Shown here one piece after another: positions 9,295-19,835 of a DNA stretch of 64,000 nt. The stretch lies in NCBI GenBank assembly GCA_963823555.1, contig CAWGMA010000001.1, positions 352,001-416,000 of the forward strand, read 5' to 3'. The notes under the pieces are model-generated. The model was not told the DNA's origin. It searched no databases and saw nothing but the letters and a program-made list of their open reading frames with translations. Positions within the stretch are counted from its first letter, which is position 1; every line of letters starts with the position of its first letter. Made by a program: the position numbers and the translations under genes. This DNA is from Candidatus Eiseniibacteriota bacterium (GTDB lineage: Bacteria; Eisenbacteria; RBG-16-71-46; CAVPCR01).

Positions 9295-9475
9295 GTAGCC
9301 TTAGGGAAAGGACTCGTGTGGAACCGGGTCGAGAAGGTCCAGGCCCGACCGGACCGGCATGGGCCGGGCCGCAGACGGCCGGGTCAGGGGCAGGCCCAGA
9401 GCGGCTTCCCGGGGGCCTTGCGGACCTCGAGGGCGAACCCCGGGCCCCGAGCGTGGGTGCATTTCTCGCTGGGCC
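9295..9475 (+). ncRNA. Structured non-coding RNA candidate, rod-like, possibly 6S RNA
   Basis: About 180 nt between a promoter and a terminator, with nested end-to-end pairing: 9312-9319/9451-9458, 9324-9328/9439-9443, 9335-9340/9422-9427, 9341-9346/9413-9418, 9360-9365/9393-9398. Confidence 0.45.
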
Positions 9476-9524
9476 AGGAAAACCTGGGGCGGCGCATTCA
9501 GGACGCGGCCGGGGTTTTCCTTTT
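9476..9524 (+). terminator. Intrinsic terminator-like hairpin
   Basis: AGGAAAACC...GGTTTTCCT inverted repeat followed by T run. Confidence 0.55.
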
Positions 9525-9582
9525 GCTATGTGCCGGGCCTCCCAGCGCCCCGGCTCCCCTCCTACCCGGAACACGGACTAGC

Positions 9583-10566
9583 ATGTCGGCTGAATCAGAC
9601 GTCGAGGGCAAACTCGAGCTGGGAGAAGTCGATCCCCTTCTCGTCTTCGGGAGCGGGGATGCTAACCTGCGGCTATTGCAGCAGTTCTTTCCGGTACGGG
9701 TCGTCCTGCGCAACGGCGCGATCACGGTCAAGGGCAAGGCCGGGGAAGTGGCCCACGCGACTCGCCTCATCGAGCGGATGCTGGCCAAGGCCCGTCGCGG
9801 GCAGGTGGTCGAGGAGGCGGATCTCCTCCTCTGGAAGGCGGGTGGTCAGGGGCCGGCTCCACGGGTGATCGCCCTCGACGCGACCACCGTGCGCGTTCGC
9901 ACCCCCGGTCAGGTGGCGTACATCGAGGCCATCAAGAACTATGACATCGTGTTCGCCATCGGTCCGGCGGGCACGGGCAAGACCTTCCTGGCAGTGGCCA
10001 TGGCCGTGCTGGCGCTGCGCGATCGCGAGGTCGAGCGCATCCTCCTCGTGCGGCCGGCGGTCGAAGCGGGGGAGAGCCTTGGGTTCCTGCCCGGTGACTA
10101 CCGGGAGAAGGTCGATCCGTACCTGCGCCCGCTCTACGATGCTCTTGGTGAGCTGATGCCACTCGAGCGCATGCGCAAGCTGATGGAACTCGGTGTGATC
10201 GAGATCGCCCCCCTGGCCTACATGCGTGGTCGGACGCTCAATCGGGCGTTCGTCATCCTGGACGAGGGGCAGAACACCACGGTCGGACAGATGAAGATGT
10301 TCCTGACCCGGCTCGGTCCCGGATCCAGGGCGGTGATCACCGGCGACATCACTCAGGTGGACCTGTCCAACCCGGAGGAGTCGGGACTCAAGCGCATCCA
10401 GCCCATTCTCGGACCGGTCGATGACGTTCAGTTCGTGTACTTCACCGAAGAGGATGTGGTCCGTCACCGTCTGGTGCGCGACATCATTCGCGCTTTTGAG
10501 CAGCATGCCGAGGCCAAGCGCGAGGAAACCATGCGGGGCACCGCCAAGGCGAGCCCCGAGGAGTAA
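9583..10566 (+). CDS. phoH: PhoH-like ATPase (PhoH/YbeZ)
   Basis: GPAGTGKT Walker A, RPAVEAGESLGFLPGD, PLAYMRGRTL, DEGQN. Start placed at the ATG of MSAESD, not at the ORF-track start 9316. Confidence 0.93.
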   Translation: MSAESDVEGKLELGEVDPLLVFGSGDANLRLLQQFFPVRVVLRNGAITVKGKAGEVAHATRLIERMLAKARRGQVVEEADLLLWKAGGQGPAPRVIALDATTVRVRTPGQVAYIEAIKNYDIVFAIGPAGTGKTFLAVAMAVLALRDREVERILLVRPAVEAGESLGFLPGDYREKVDPYLRPLYDALGELMPLERMRKLMELGVIEIAPLAYMRGRTLNRAFVILDEGQNTTVGQMKMFLTRLGPGSRAVITGDITQVDLSNPEESGLKRIQPILGPVDDVQFVYFTEEDVVRHRLVRDIIRAFEQHAEAKREETMRGTAKASPEE

Positions 10567-10572
10567 CGAACG

Positions 10573-13059
10573 ATGCCATTGACCTGGCTGTTCAACCGCG
10601 GTGACCTGGCGCGCAAGGACAGACCGCTTCGGCGTCGGATCGTCGAAGAGCGGGAGACTCCTCGTGCGCTCGTGATCGCGGTGCGGATTGCACTATTGCT
10701 GGCCGTGCCCATCGTCGTGCATGTGCTGTTCCCGCTGGAACGGGATCAGGCGGAAGTCCAGGTCCGCCTCGGAGAAATCTCCCAGGCAGAGGTGATCGCC
10801 CCCTTCTCGTTCCCCATCCGCCGCGATCCGATTGATCTTGAGCGGGCACGCACCGAGGCCGGGCGCGCCGTGCCCCCGGTGCTCGACCTGAACACGACGC
10901 TGGCCACCGAGTCCACGCAGCGGCTCCGGCGGCTCGGACGCGAGCTCATGCGGCCGCCCTCCGAGAACCTCCCGCCCGAGGAGTTGCGCGCGGCGCTCGA
11001 ACGCGCTCTGGGGGTCGGTCTGAGCCGAAAGTCGGTCGAGTTCCTGCGCACGCCGGAGGGCCAGCAACTGATCGACCAGGCTTCGAGCTATCTCGAGCAG
11101 GCGCTCTCGATGCCGATCGTCGAGGCCGGGACCGAGGTGTTGATTGCCGGCCACGATGTCGTCAACGCGCGCCGCGGGACGACCGATTTCTATCGGCCCG
11201 CCGCTGAAGTGATGACGCTGGCGTCGGCCCGGGCCACCGCCGAGGAGGCGGCGACCGAGGTGAATCCGCCGACCGAGCTGGCGCGCGAGGCATTTCGTGA
11301 GCTCGTCGTCCCGTTCGTTGCGATCAATGCCGTTCTCAATCAGGAGGAGACAGCAAAGCGAGCCCAGGAGGCCCGTGATGATGTCCCTGAGATCGTCGGG
11401 ATGGTGCACAAGGGTGAGCGCATCATCGACTCGCACGAGCGAATCACGGCGGAGCAGGTGCTCAAGATTCAGTCCTTGGAGGCACACCGGCGCGAGCTGG
11501 CTCTCGGTGGCGGCCTCGGTGGCGGGCTGCTGGCCGGGTTGGGGCGCTTCGGGCTGATCATGCTCCTCACCGCCACCATGTTGATCTACCTGGGCTTCCA
11601 GCACCCGCGGATCAACGCGAGCCCGCGTTCGCTCGCGCTCCTGGCCACCCTGGTGTCGCTTCAGCTCTTCGCGGCCTGGCTCCTGGTCGACCACTTCGGT
11701 CAATCGGAACTCCTGGTGCCGGTCGCCATGTTGCCGTTGCTCGCCGCGGTGCTCCTCAACCGCGGGGTCGCGCTGCTGCTCGCTTTCCTCGGGCCGATCC
11801 TCCTCGTCGGACTCAAGAACTTCTCGCCGGAGTTCCTCATTGCCGGATGTGTCGCGGGGGTGGCGGTGGCGCTTGCCGCTCAGAACGTGAAGCGCCGGCA
11901 CGAGCTGTTCCAGCCCGTGCTCCTGGTGGCGCTCGCCAACCTCATCACCGTGACGTCCCTTGGGCTCGCTGCTCGCGAGCCGTTCTCCGCGGTCGCCGCC
12001 AAGATGGCCGCGGGCGTCCTGAACGCGGGGCTCACCGGAATCGTGGCCATCGTGCTCTTGCCGCTCCTGGAGAAGGTCTTCCGGATCACGACCAACTTCA
12101 CGCTGATCGAGTTGCTGGATCGCAATCACCCGCTGCTCAAGCGCATGGCGATGGAAGCGCCGGGGACCTTCCATCACTCCATGCTCGTCGCCGAGCTGGC
12201 GCGCGAGGCAGCCGAGGTCGTAGGGGGCAATCCGCTGCTCGCCCAGGTCGGTGCCTACTATCACGACATTGGCAAGATGCAGATGCCGGAGTACTTCATC
12301 GAGAATCAAACGGGAAAGAACCGGCACGACAACCTGACTCCCAACATGAGTTGTCTCATCCTCGGAGCCCATGTCCGCGACGGCATCCAGATGGCGCGAG
12401 AAGCAGGATTGCCCCATGACATCATCGATTTCATCCCCGAGCACCACGGCACGAATCTGATGTCCTTCTTCTACCACAAGGCTCAGGACCGCGATCCGCA
12501 TGTCGAATCCTCGGACTTTCGCTACCCGGGTCCGCGACCGCATCGCAAGGAGACAGCGATCCTCATGCTCGCCGATTCGGTGGAGGCGACTGCCCGATCA
12601 CTCGAGGATCCCACTCCGGGGCGCATCCGGACGGTGGTGAAGCAGATCATCGACAAGCGCGTCGAGGACGGGCAGCTCGACGGATCGAGTCTCACGCTGT
12701 CGGATCTGGCGCGCGTGCGCGACAGCTTCATCACGGTGCTGGACCGCTTCTTCCATGGCCGTATCCAGTACCCGGAGGCGGCCCTCCGGACCCGGCGCAT
12801 GGAGAGCGAGGGTGCTGTTGGCGGGCCGCAGGGTGAAATGGCGCCATGGACGAAGGAACGGCGCGGAGATGGAGGCCGCGATCTCAAGCGCGGTGGCAAG
12901 CGTGGTGTCGTCCTGCCCGATGGCGATGAGTCGGTCGCAATTCGCGAGCGAGATGAGGAGGGCGAGAATGCGAGTGCGGGTGATCAATCGTCAGCGGCGG
13001 CTCCTCATCTCGATGAGCACGCTCCGACGGATCGTCCGGCTCGTGCTGGAGGTCTCTGA
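10573..13059 (+). CDS. 7TM-HD phosphohydrolase (PgpH-like, HDIG family)
   Basis: Extracytoplasmic 7TMR-HDED-like region, multiple TM helices, APGTFHHS, YYHDIGK, HHGT, LADSVEA. Confidence 0.9.
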   Translation: MPLTWLFNRGDLARKDRPLRRRIVEERETPRALVIAVRIALLLAVPIVVHVLFPLERDQAEVQVRLGEISQAEVIAPFSFPIRRDPIDLERARTEAGRAVPPVLDLNTTLATESTQRLRRLGRELMRPPSENLPPEELRAALERALGVGLSRKSVEFLRTPEGQQLIDQASSYLEQALSMPIVEAGTEVLIAGHDVVNARRGTTDFYRPAAEVMTLASARATAEEAATEVNPPTELAREAFRELVVPFVAINAVLNQEETAKRAQEARDDVPEIVGMVHKGERIIDSHERITAEQVLKIQSLEAHRRELALGGGLGGGLLAGLGRFGLIMLLTATMLIYLGFQHPRINASPRSLALLATLVSLQLFAAWLLVDHFGQSELLVPVAMLPLLAAVLLNRGVALLLAFLGPILLVGLKNFSPEFLIAGCVAGVAVALAAQNVKRRHELFQPVLLVALANLITVTSLGLAAREPFSAVAAKMAAGVLNAGLTGIVAIVLLPLLEKVFRITTNFTLIELLDRNHPLLKRMAMEAPGTFHHSMLVAELAREAAEVVGGNPLLAQVGAYYHDIGKMQMPEYFIENQTGKNRHDNLTPNMSCLILGAHVRDGIQMAREAGLPHDIIDFIPEHHGTNLMSFFYHKAQDRDPHVESSDFRYPGPRPHRKETAILMLADSVEATARSLEDPTPGRIRTVVKQIIDKRVEDGQLDGSSLTLSDLARVRDSFITVLDRFFHGRIQYPEAALRTRRMESEGAVGGPQGEMAPWTKERRGDGGRDLKRGGKRGVVLPDGDESVAIRERDEEGENASAGDQSSAAAPHLDEHAPTDRPARAGGL

Positions 13060-13516
13060 GCCCGGGCGTCGCCCGGAAACCGAGGACCGCAGCCAGCGGC
13101 CGGCCCGCGGTGCCGGCTCCGCAGCCGATCGCAGCCTGGAACCCTACGAGGAGATCGATCTCATCCTGCTCGACGATGGAGCGATGCGCGAGCTGAACCG
13201 GGCTTTCCGCGGCCTGGATCGCACGACCGATGTGCTCTCCTTCGACCTCCGTCCAGCGAGCCTTCCCGGTGAGCCCCTGACCGGCGAAGTGGCCGTGTCC
13301 ACCGATCGCGTCATGGTCCAGGCTCGTCGCTATCGCACGAGCCCCGGCCGCGAGCTCGCGCGCCTGACGGTGCACGGGCTCCTTCATCTCCAAGGCCACG
13401 ATCACCGCTATGCATCCGAGCGCCGCCGCATGCGATCGATGGAGCGCTTGATGATGGCGCGAATCGCGGCCGAGCCCGACCATCTGGTGAGCGCCGGGGC
13501 GAGCAAGTCGCGATGA
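12968..13516 (+). CDS. ybeY: rRNA maturation endoribonuclease YbeY
   Basis: MRELNRAFRGLDRTTDVLSF and HGLLHLQGHDH metal-binding motif. Confidence 0.9.
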   Translation: MRVRVINRQRRLLISMSTLRRIVRLVLEVSEPGRRPETEDRSQRPARGAGSAADRSLEPYEEIDLILLDDGAMRELNRAFRGLDRTTDVLSFDLRPASLPGEPLTGEVAVSTDRVMVQARRYRTSPGRELARLTVHGLLHLQGHDHRYASERRRMRSMERLMMARIAAEPDHLVSAGASKSR

Positions 13517-14520
13517 GCTCGCCCGCTGGTATGGCCACGCTCTGGGTCGAGGGGGTCTTCGCGGTCGTCCTGATCCTGGTTGCGGGTCGGGCGCGGGCAT
13601 TCGCGGCGCGCGACGAGGCGCGCCGGATGCCGGGAGGGACCGCCGGGAGTGCACCCCCCTCCTCCAGGGCCCATGTGATCGCCGCCGATCTCATCTGGTT
13701 TGGACTCCTCGCGCCGGCCTTGCTCCTGATCACCCACCTCGGGCGGGAGTGGCTCCCGGTCCTGGGTAGCGTTGCGGGACTCGTGGCGGCGGTCGCTGCC
13801 GGCCTCGTGGTGGCCACGGCCCTGCCTTTCCGGATCGGCACCGATCTGACCGGCCCCCCGGCCTCGGGGCCGGGGCCCTGGCTTGCGCGCCTGGCCTATC
13901 CCTTGCGCCCGATCGTCGCCCATCTCGTCCGCCGCCGGGCGGAGCTACCCGAGGCCGAACCGGCGCGCGACGAGGAGAAGCTCTTCGGGCGGCTCCTGGA
14001 TGCGACGGCCGAACCGGGAGCGGCTGACGGGGCCGAGGCGATGCTCGAGGCCGCGCTCGTCAGGCGGTTCCTCGGTCGCGTGCTCCACCTGCGCGAGACA
14101 CCGGTGGCCCGCATCATGCGACCACGAGAGGCCATTGTCTGGATCGGACAGCGCGAGGAAGCTCGCGTTGCCGCTGAACTCATGTCCGGTTCGGGACACA
14201 GTCGGATTCCGGTCTGCGGTCGGGATCTCGACGATGTCGTCGGCATCCTTCATCTCAAGGATGTCTTTCTCGCCCTGGTCGGTGCCCCGGCCCAAGTGAC
14301 CACGGGTAGCATCGCGCGCCAGCCCTCGCTCATCACGGCGGACATGCCGCTCGCGAGCGTGCTCGCCACATGGCGGCACGCCAGCGGCACCATGTCCCTG
14401 GTGCGCGACGAAGCGGGTCAGGTCATCGGACTCGCCACCCTGGCCGATGTGATCGACTGGATCCTGGCGGCGCCGCCATCCGCGGACGGCGAAGCGGTGG
14501 GCTCGAGGTTGCTGCCATGA
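13513..14520 (+). CDS. Membrane CBS-pair protein (divergent CNNM/hemolysin-like, no CorC_HlyC domain)
   Basis: N-terminal TM helices; VARIMRPR, GHSRIPV, DDVVGILHLKD, VRDEAGQVIGLATLADVI. Confidence 0.7.
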   Translation: MSSPAGMATLWVEGVFAVVLILVAGRARAFAARDEARRMPGGTAGSAPPSSRAHVIAADLIWFGLLAPALLLITHLGREWLPVLGSVAGLVAAVAAGLVVATALPFRIGTDLTGPPASGPGPWLARLAYPLRPIVAHLVRRRAELPEAEPARDEEKLFGRLLDATAEPGAADGAEAMLEAALVRRFLGRVLHLRETPVARIMRPREAIVWIGQREEARVAAELMSGSGHSRIPVCGRDLDDVVGILHLKDVFLALVGAPAQVTTGSIARQPSLITADMPLASVLATWRHASGTMSLVRDEAGQVIGLATLADVIDWILAAPPSADGEAVGSRLLP

Positions 14521-15824
14521 TGAGCAACGGCTGGTCCCTTCCTCTTGCCCTCGGTCTGGCCGCCCTCCTGCTGGCGTTTCTCTTCCGCCTCCTGTCGACG
14601 GCGATCCGCGGTCTCGATCCCGAGAACTTCGCCTGGGTGCTCTCCGAAGAGGATACGGCGAGCCATGAAGCGGAGGATGTCGAGCGGGACGAGGCGCCCA
14701 TCGTCGAGGTGCTGGCCCGTTTCGTGCGGGCCGCTCGCGACCTCGACAACGGTGCGGTCCTTGCCCTCACCCTCGCTGCTCTCGCCGCCTCGCCGCTCGT
14801 GAGCTGGTCGGTGAGCGGTCTGATCACGCTCGTGGCCGCGGCGGGAGTGGCGGCCTTGCTTGGCGTCTTCCTGCCGGAGCAGCTCTCGGCTGGACGGGAG
14901 GCGGCGCTCCTGGGTCGCGCTGCGCCGGTCGTGCTGGCGCTCGCTTCCGCGCTCCATCCGCTGTCGCGCGCGGCGGATCTGGCCGCGCTGCCCCTGGCCG
15001 CCTTCATGGGTCGTCCGCCCCGGCCCGCCGCAGCCGAAGCCCCGTCTCCGGTACCACCGCCGTCAAGCCCGCCGGCCCCTCCCACGGAGGAGTCGCCGCA
15101 GGGGCCGCAAGCCAGCGGGCTACGTGAGGTGCTTGGCTTCATCGAGGACACCGTCGATGAAGTGATGACCCCTCGGGCCGAGGTCGTGGCGATCGAAAGC
15201 GGGTCCTCGGTTTCCGATCTGGCGCGTGTCGTTCGGACGACGCGACGGGGAACCTACCCGATCTACCGCAATTCGCTCGACGAGGTGGTGGGCACTGTGG
15301 CCCTCGCCGATCTGCTCGGCGCTACGCCCGAGGACAAGGTGGATGGGTTCGCGCGCGAGGCCAGGATCGTGCCTGAGTCGAAGCGGGTCGCGGAGCTGGT
15401 GGAGGAGATGCGCGAGGTGGGGACGGCACTCGTGCTCGTCGTCGATGAGTTCGGAGCGCTGTCGGGGCTGGCGAATCTTCACGATCTGATCGGCGTCCTC
15501 GTCGGCGAGGTGGTGGCGGACGAGGAACAGACCGGGTTCGAGAGTCGCCGCCTCGACGGGGACACCTGGGTCCTGAATCCGCTCCTGCGCATCGAGCGCG
15601 TGAGCGAGATCACCGGATTCATGCTACCTGAGGGCGAGTACCAGACTCTGGCCGGCTTCATCCTGTGGCAGCTCGGGCGCATTCCCCTGGCGGGCGAGCG
15701 GCTGCGCATCGAGGGTGGAGAGATCGAGATCCTCGCCGCCGATGAGCGCCGGATCCTCACCGTGCGCCTCAAGCGAACGCCGCCCGAGCGTCGGAGTCGG
15801 AGGCTCATGCTCCCACGGCGTTGA
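14517..15824 (+). CDS. Hemolysin/CorC family protein (DUF21-CBS-CorC_HlyC)
   Basis: TM N-terminus; VMTPRAEV, VPESKRV, VVDEFG, LPEGEYQTLAGFILWQLGRIP. Confidence 0.85.
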   Translation: MMSNGWSLPLALGLAALLLAFLFRLLSTAIRGLDPENFAWVLSEEDTASHEAEDVERDEAPIVEVLARFVRAARDLDNGAVLALTLAALAASPLVSWSVSGLITLVAAAGVAALLGVFLPEQLSAGREAALLGRAAPVVLALASALHPLSRAADLAALPLAAFMGRPPRPAAAEAPSPVPPPSSPPAPPTEESPQGPQASGLREVLGFIEDTVDEVMTPRAEVVAIESGSSVSDLARVVRTTRRGTYPIYRNSLDEVVGTVALADLLGATPEDKVDGFAREARIVPESKRVAELVEEMREVGTALVLVVDEFGALSGLANLHDLIGVLVGEVVADEEQTGFESRRLDGDTWVLNPLLRIERVSEITGFMLPEGEYQTLAGFILWQLGRIPLAGERLRIEGGEIEILAADERRILTVRLKRTPPERRSRRLMLPRR

Positions 15825-15848
15825 CCCTGAGGCGGCGCCGCGCCTAGG

Positions 15849-16619
15849 ATGACCCCAATGGGCATCGAGAAGACCGCGGCTCTAGTCATGCGCTCCTATC
15901 CGCTGGGTGACACGAGTCGCATCGTCCACCTCCTGTCGCCGACGCGGGGACGGCTCTCGGTCGTGGCCAAGGGGGTGCGCGGTCCCAAGAGCCGGTTCGG
16001 TGCGGCACTCGAGCCCTTCACGGCGATCTCTGCGGTCATCTACTACCGTCCCGACCGCGACCTGCAGTTCTTGAGCCAGGCCGAGATCCTCGGCCGGCGC
16101 GCCGTGCTGGCCAGCTCGATCCTGCGTTTCGCCTACGCCAGTGCGGTGATCGAGCTGCTCGATCAAGCGCTCGTGGGCGAGGAACCGGCGGAGGCCCTCT
16201 ATCTCCTCATCGCATCGACTCTGGACGAGCTCGAGCAGGCGCCGGAGGAGGCTCTGCGCGGTGCGTTCATGGGGTACATCGCACGCCTGGTGGGTGTGCT
16301 GGGCTACAGCCCGGAGCTCGGGCGGTGCGTCCGTTGCGCCGGATCGGTGGGTGATGGAGCAGGGTGGCACGCCGAGCGCGGCGGCTTGATTTGCCGGCGA
16401 TGCGCCGAGCACGATGCGGCCGCAACCCCGTTCTCCCGGGAGGCGCTGGCAGTGCTGGTGTCGCTGGTCGCCGGGGCCGGGGCGCCGGTGCTTCCGCGTC
16501 CGCTGGGTGACGAGCTGGCCCGTGCCCTCGATGCTTTCCTGCGTGCCCACTTGCCGCGCTACCGCGGCTTGCGCTCGCTCAAGGTGGTCCGTGAGGTGAG
16601 CGAGGCGGGAAGCGAGTAG
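15849..16619 (+). CDS. recO: DNA repair protein RecO
   Basis: VAKGVRGPKSRFGAALEPF; CxxC...CxxC zinc finger. Confidence 0.93.
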   Translation: MTPMGIEKTAALVMRSYPLGDTSRIVHLLSPTRGRLSVVAKGVRGPKSRFGAALEPFTAISAVIYYRPDRDLQFLSQAEILGRRAVLASSILRFAYASAVIELLDQALVGEEPAEALYLLIASTLDELEQAPEEALRGAFMGYIARLVGVLGYSPELGRCVRCAGSVGDGAGWHAERGGLICRRCAEHDAAATPFSREALAVLVSLVAGAGAPVLPRPLGDELARALDAFLRAHLPRYRGLRSLKVVREVSEAGSE

Positions 16620-16722
16620 CCCGAGCCGCCGCCGGATTCGGCATGCCGGTCCGCTCCCCCATGGTCCGGAGGGAAGAGCCGAGCGCGGCGCATGAAGCGC
16701 GGAGATGGTAGAGTCTCCCGCC

Positions 16723-17663
<941 letters not shown>

Positions 17664-17667
<4 letters not shown>

Positions 17668-19793
17668 GCCGCGACCTGCTCTACGAGATCGGCGTCGAGG
17701 AGATTCCCGCCTCCTACATCGAACCGGCGCTCGCCGCTCTTGCCGAGACCGTGGCCGCCAAGCTCACTGACGAGCGGCTCGAGTTCGCCGCCATCGAGCG
17801 CCACGCCACGCCGCGGCGCTTCGCCCTCATCGTGCGCGGGCTTGCCGAGCACCAGCCCGATCTCGAGCGGGTCGCTCTCGGCCCGGCCGTGAGCGTGGCC
17901 TTCGATCCCGCCGGCCAGCCGACCAACGCGGCGCGGGGCTTCGCCCGCGGCCAGGGGGTCGCCGTCGAAGCGCTCGAGAGGACCACGACCGACAAGGGTG
18001 AGTACGTTGCCGCCCGCGTCAAGCAGCCCGGACGGCCCGCCGGCGAGGTGGTGCCGCCCATTCTCGCCGCCGCCACGCGTGCCATGCCCTTCCCGCGCAC
18101 CATGCGCTGGACGTCGTCCGATCTCCGCTTCGCGCGTCCCATCCGCTGGCTGGTGGCTCTCTTCGGCGCCGATGTGCTCGTGATCGAGGTGGACGGAGTG
18201 CGCGCCGGGCGGGAGACGAGAGGGATCCGCTTTCACCGGAGCGGGCCCTTCGCGGTCGAGGGCGCCGACGATTATTTGCGTGTTCTCGCCGAGAATGGCG
18301 TTGTGCTCGAGGCCGCCGATAGAAGGCGGCAGATCGAGTCAGCGCTGGCGTCCGCGGCCAGCGAAGCCGGCGGTCGCCTGGTTCCCGATCCCGATCTGCT
18401 CGTGGAGGTGGCCTATCTCGTCTCCTGGCCGTCGGTCATCACGGGAAGCTTCGACGCCAAGTTCCTCGCACTCCCCCGCGATGTCGTGACGACCGCGATG
18501 CGGGCTCATCAGCGCTACTTCGCCGTCGAGGCGGCGGGCGGCAAGGGGCTCCTGAACCACTTCCTGTGCGTGGCGAACGGCCCTCTCGGCGGTGATGACG
18601 GTCTCGATCTTGCTCGCGTGCGCGGTGGCCACGAGCGCGTGCTCAGAGCGCGGCTCGAGGACGCCCGTTTCTACTGGGAGCGGGACTCGGCGCGTGGCGT
18701 CGTGGATCGCGAGAAGGAGCTCGCCGGGGTCGTGTGGCAGGAAGGGCTCGGTACCCTCGCTGACAAGACCCGCCGTCTGGAGGCGCTGGCGAGCATGATC
18801 GCGCAGGCATGGGACCCGGCACTGGTCCCGGTGGTCGAACGGGCCGCGCTCCTCTCCAAGGTGGATCAGGTCTCCGAGATGGTACGCGACGGGAAGGAGT
18901 TCACGGGGCTCCAGGGCCGGATCGGCGCCGAGTACGCCCGTGTCGCCGGCGAGCCCGCGCCGGTGTGCGCTGCGATCGCCGAGCAGTACCTCCCGCGCGG
19001 TGCCGACGATCGCCTGCCCGAAACGCTCGCCGGCGCGATCCTTGCCATCGCCGACAAGCTCGACCACGTGGTCGGAGCCTTCGTCCTGGGGAAGATCCCG
19101 AGCGGGTCGGAGGATCCGTTTGCGGTCCGGCGCGCCGCCAACGGCATTCTCCGCAATCTCGTCGAGGCCGATCGCCACGTCAGTCTCGAAGCTCTCATGG
19201 ACCGCGCGCTCGTTCTCTTCGCGCCCTTTCTCGGCGAGCGCGACCCGGCACAGATCAAGGTCGATCTCGCCGACTTCTTCGCCCAGCGGCTCGATCAGTT
19301 TCTCGCCGATCGCGGCATCCGTTACGATCTCGCCGATGCCACGGTGGCGGGTTCCCTCGACGACCCGACCGATGTGCGTCATCGCGCCGAGGCGCTTGCT
19401 GCCTACTCAACGTCGCCTGATTTCGTGCCCCTCGTCGTCGGCTACAAGCGTGTGGCGAACATTCTTCGCGGCCCAGCCGGCAGTCCAGCGCCGGCGATCC
19501 CGCCGCTCGACCCCGCGACGCTGAGCGAGCCGGCCGAACGCGGGTTGCACGAGGCGGCCGCGCGCGCCGGCGATCGGATCACTGCCCATCGCGCGGCCCG
19601 GCGCTTCGAGGAAGCCCTTGCCGATCTCCTGGCATTGCGGGCGCCGATCGATCGCTTCTTCGACGAGGTGATGGTGATGGTCGATGACCCCGCGGTGCGC
19701 GGGCGGCGGCTGGCGCTCCTGGCCGAGGTCCGGGGGCTGTTCACCGGCACCTGGGATCTCTCGCGCGTCGTCGTCGAGGGGGAGAAGAAGTAG
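17664..19793 (+). CDS. glyS: Glycine--tRNA ligase beta subunit
   Basis: [41 protein letters not shown]. Confidence 0.95.
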
Positions 19794-19835
19794 CCTGCGT
19801 TGGCCCCGGGCTCGAGTCGACTCGACTGTTCGCGG

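Noticed and set aside
9316..9406. T-box-like GTGTGGAACCGGG and SRP-like GTCAGG...AGCGGC strings
   Set aside because: The T-box-like string is at the 5' end with no specifier stem and lies downstream of the synthetase genes. The SRP-like string lacks the GNRA-capped CAGG/AGCAG loop geometry.
9316..9582. 89-aa N-terminal extension of PhoH in the ORF track
   Set aside because: Low-complexity translation that crosses a structured RNA and a terminator; PhoH homology begins near 9583.
19812..19825. Perfect palindrome TCGAGTCGACTCGA between glyS and the YfhO gene
   Set aside because: TCGA is very frequent in this sequence and there is no T tract; at most a weak terminator.
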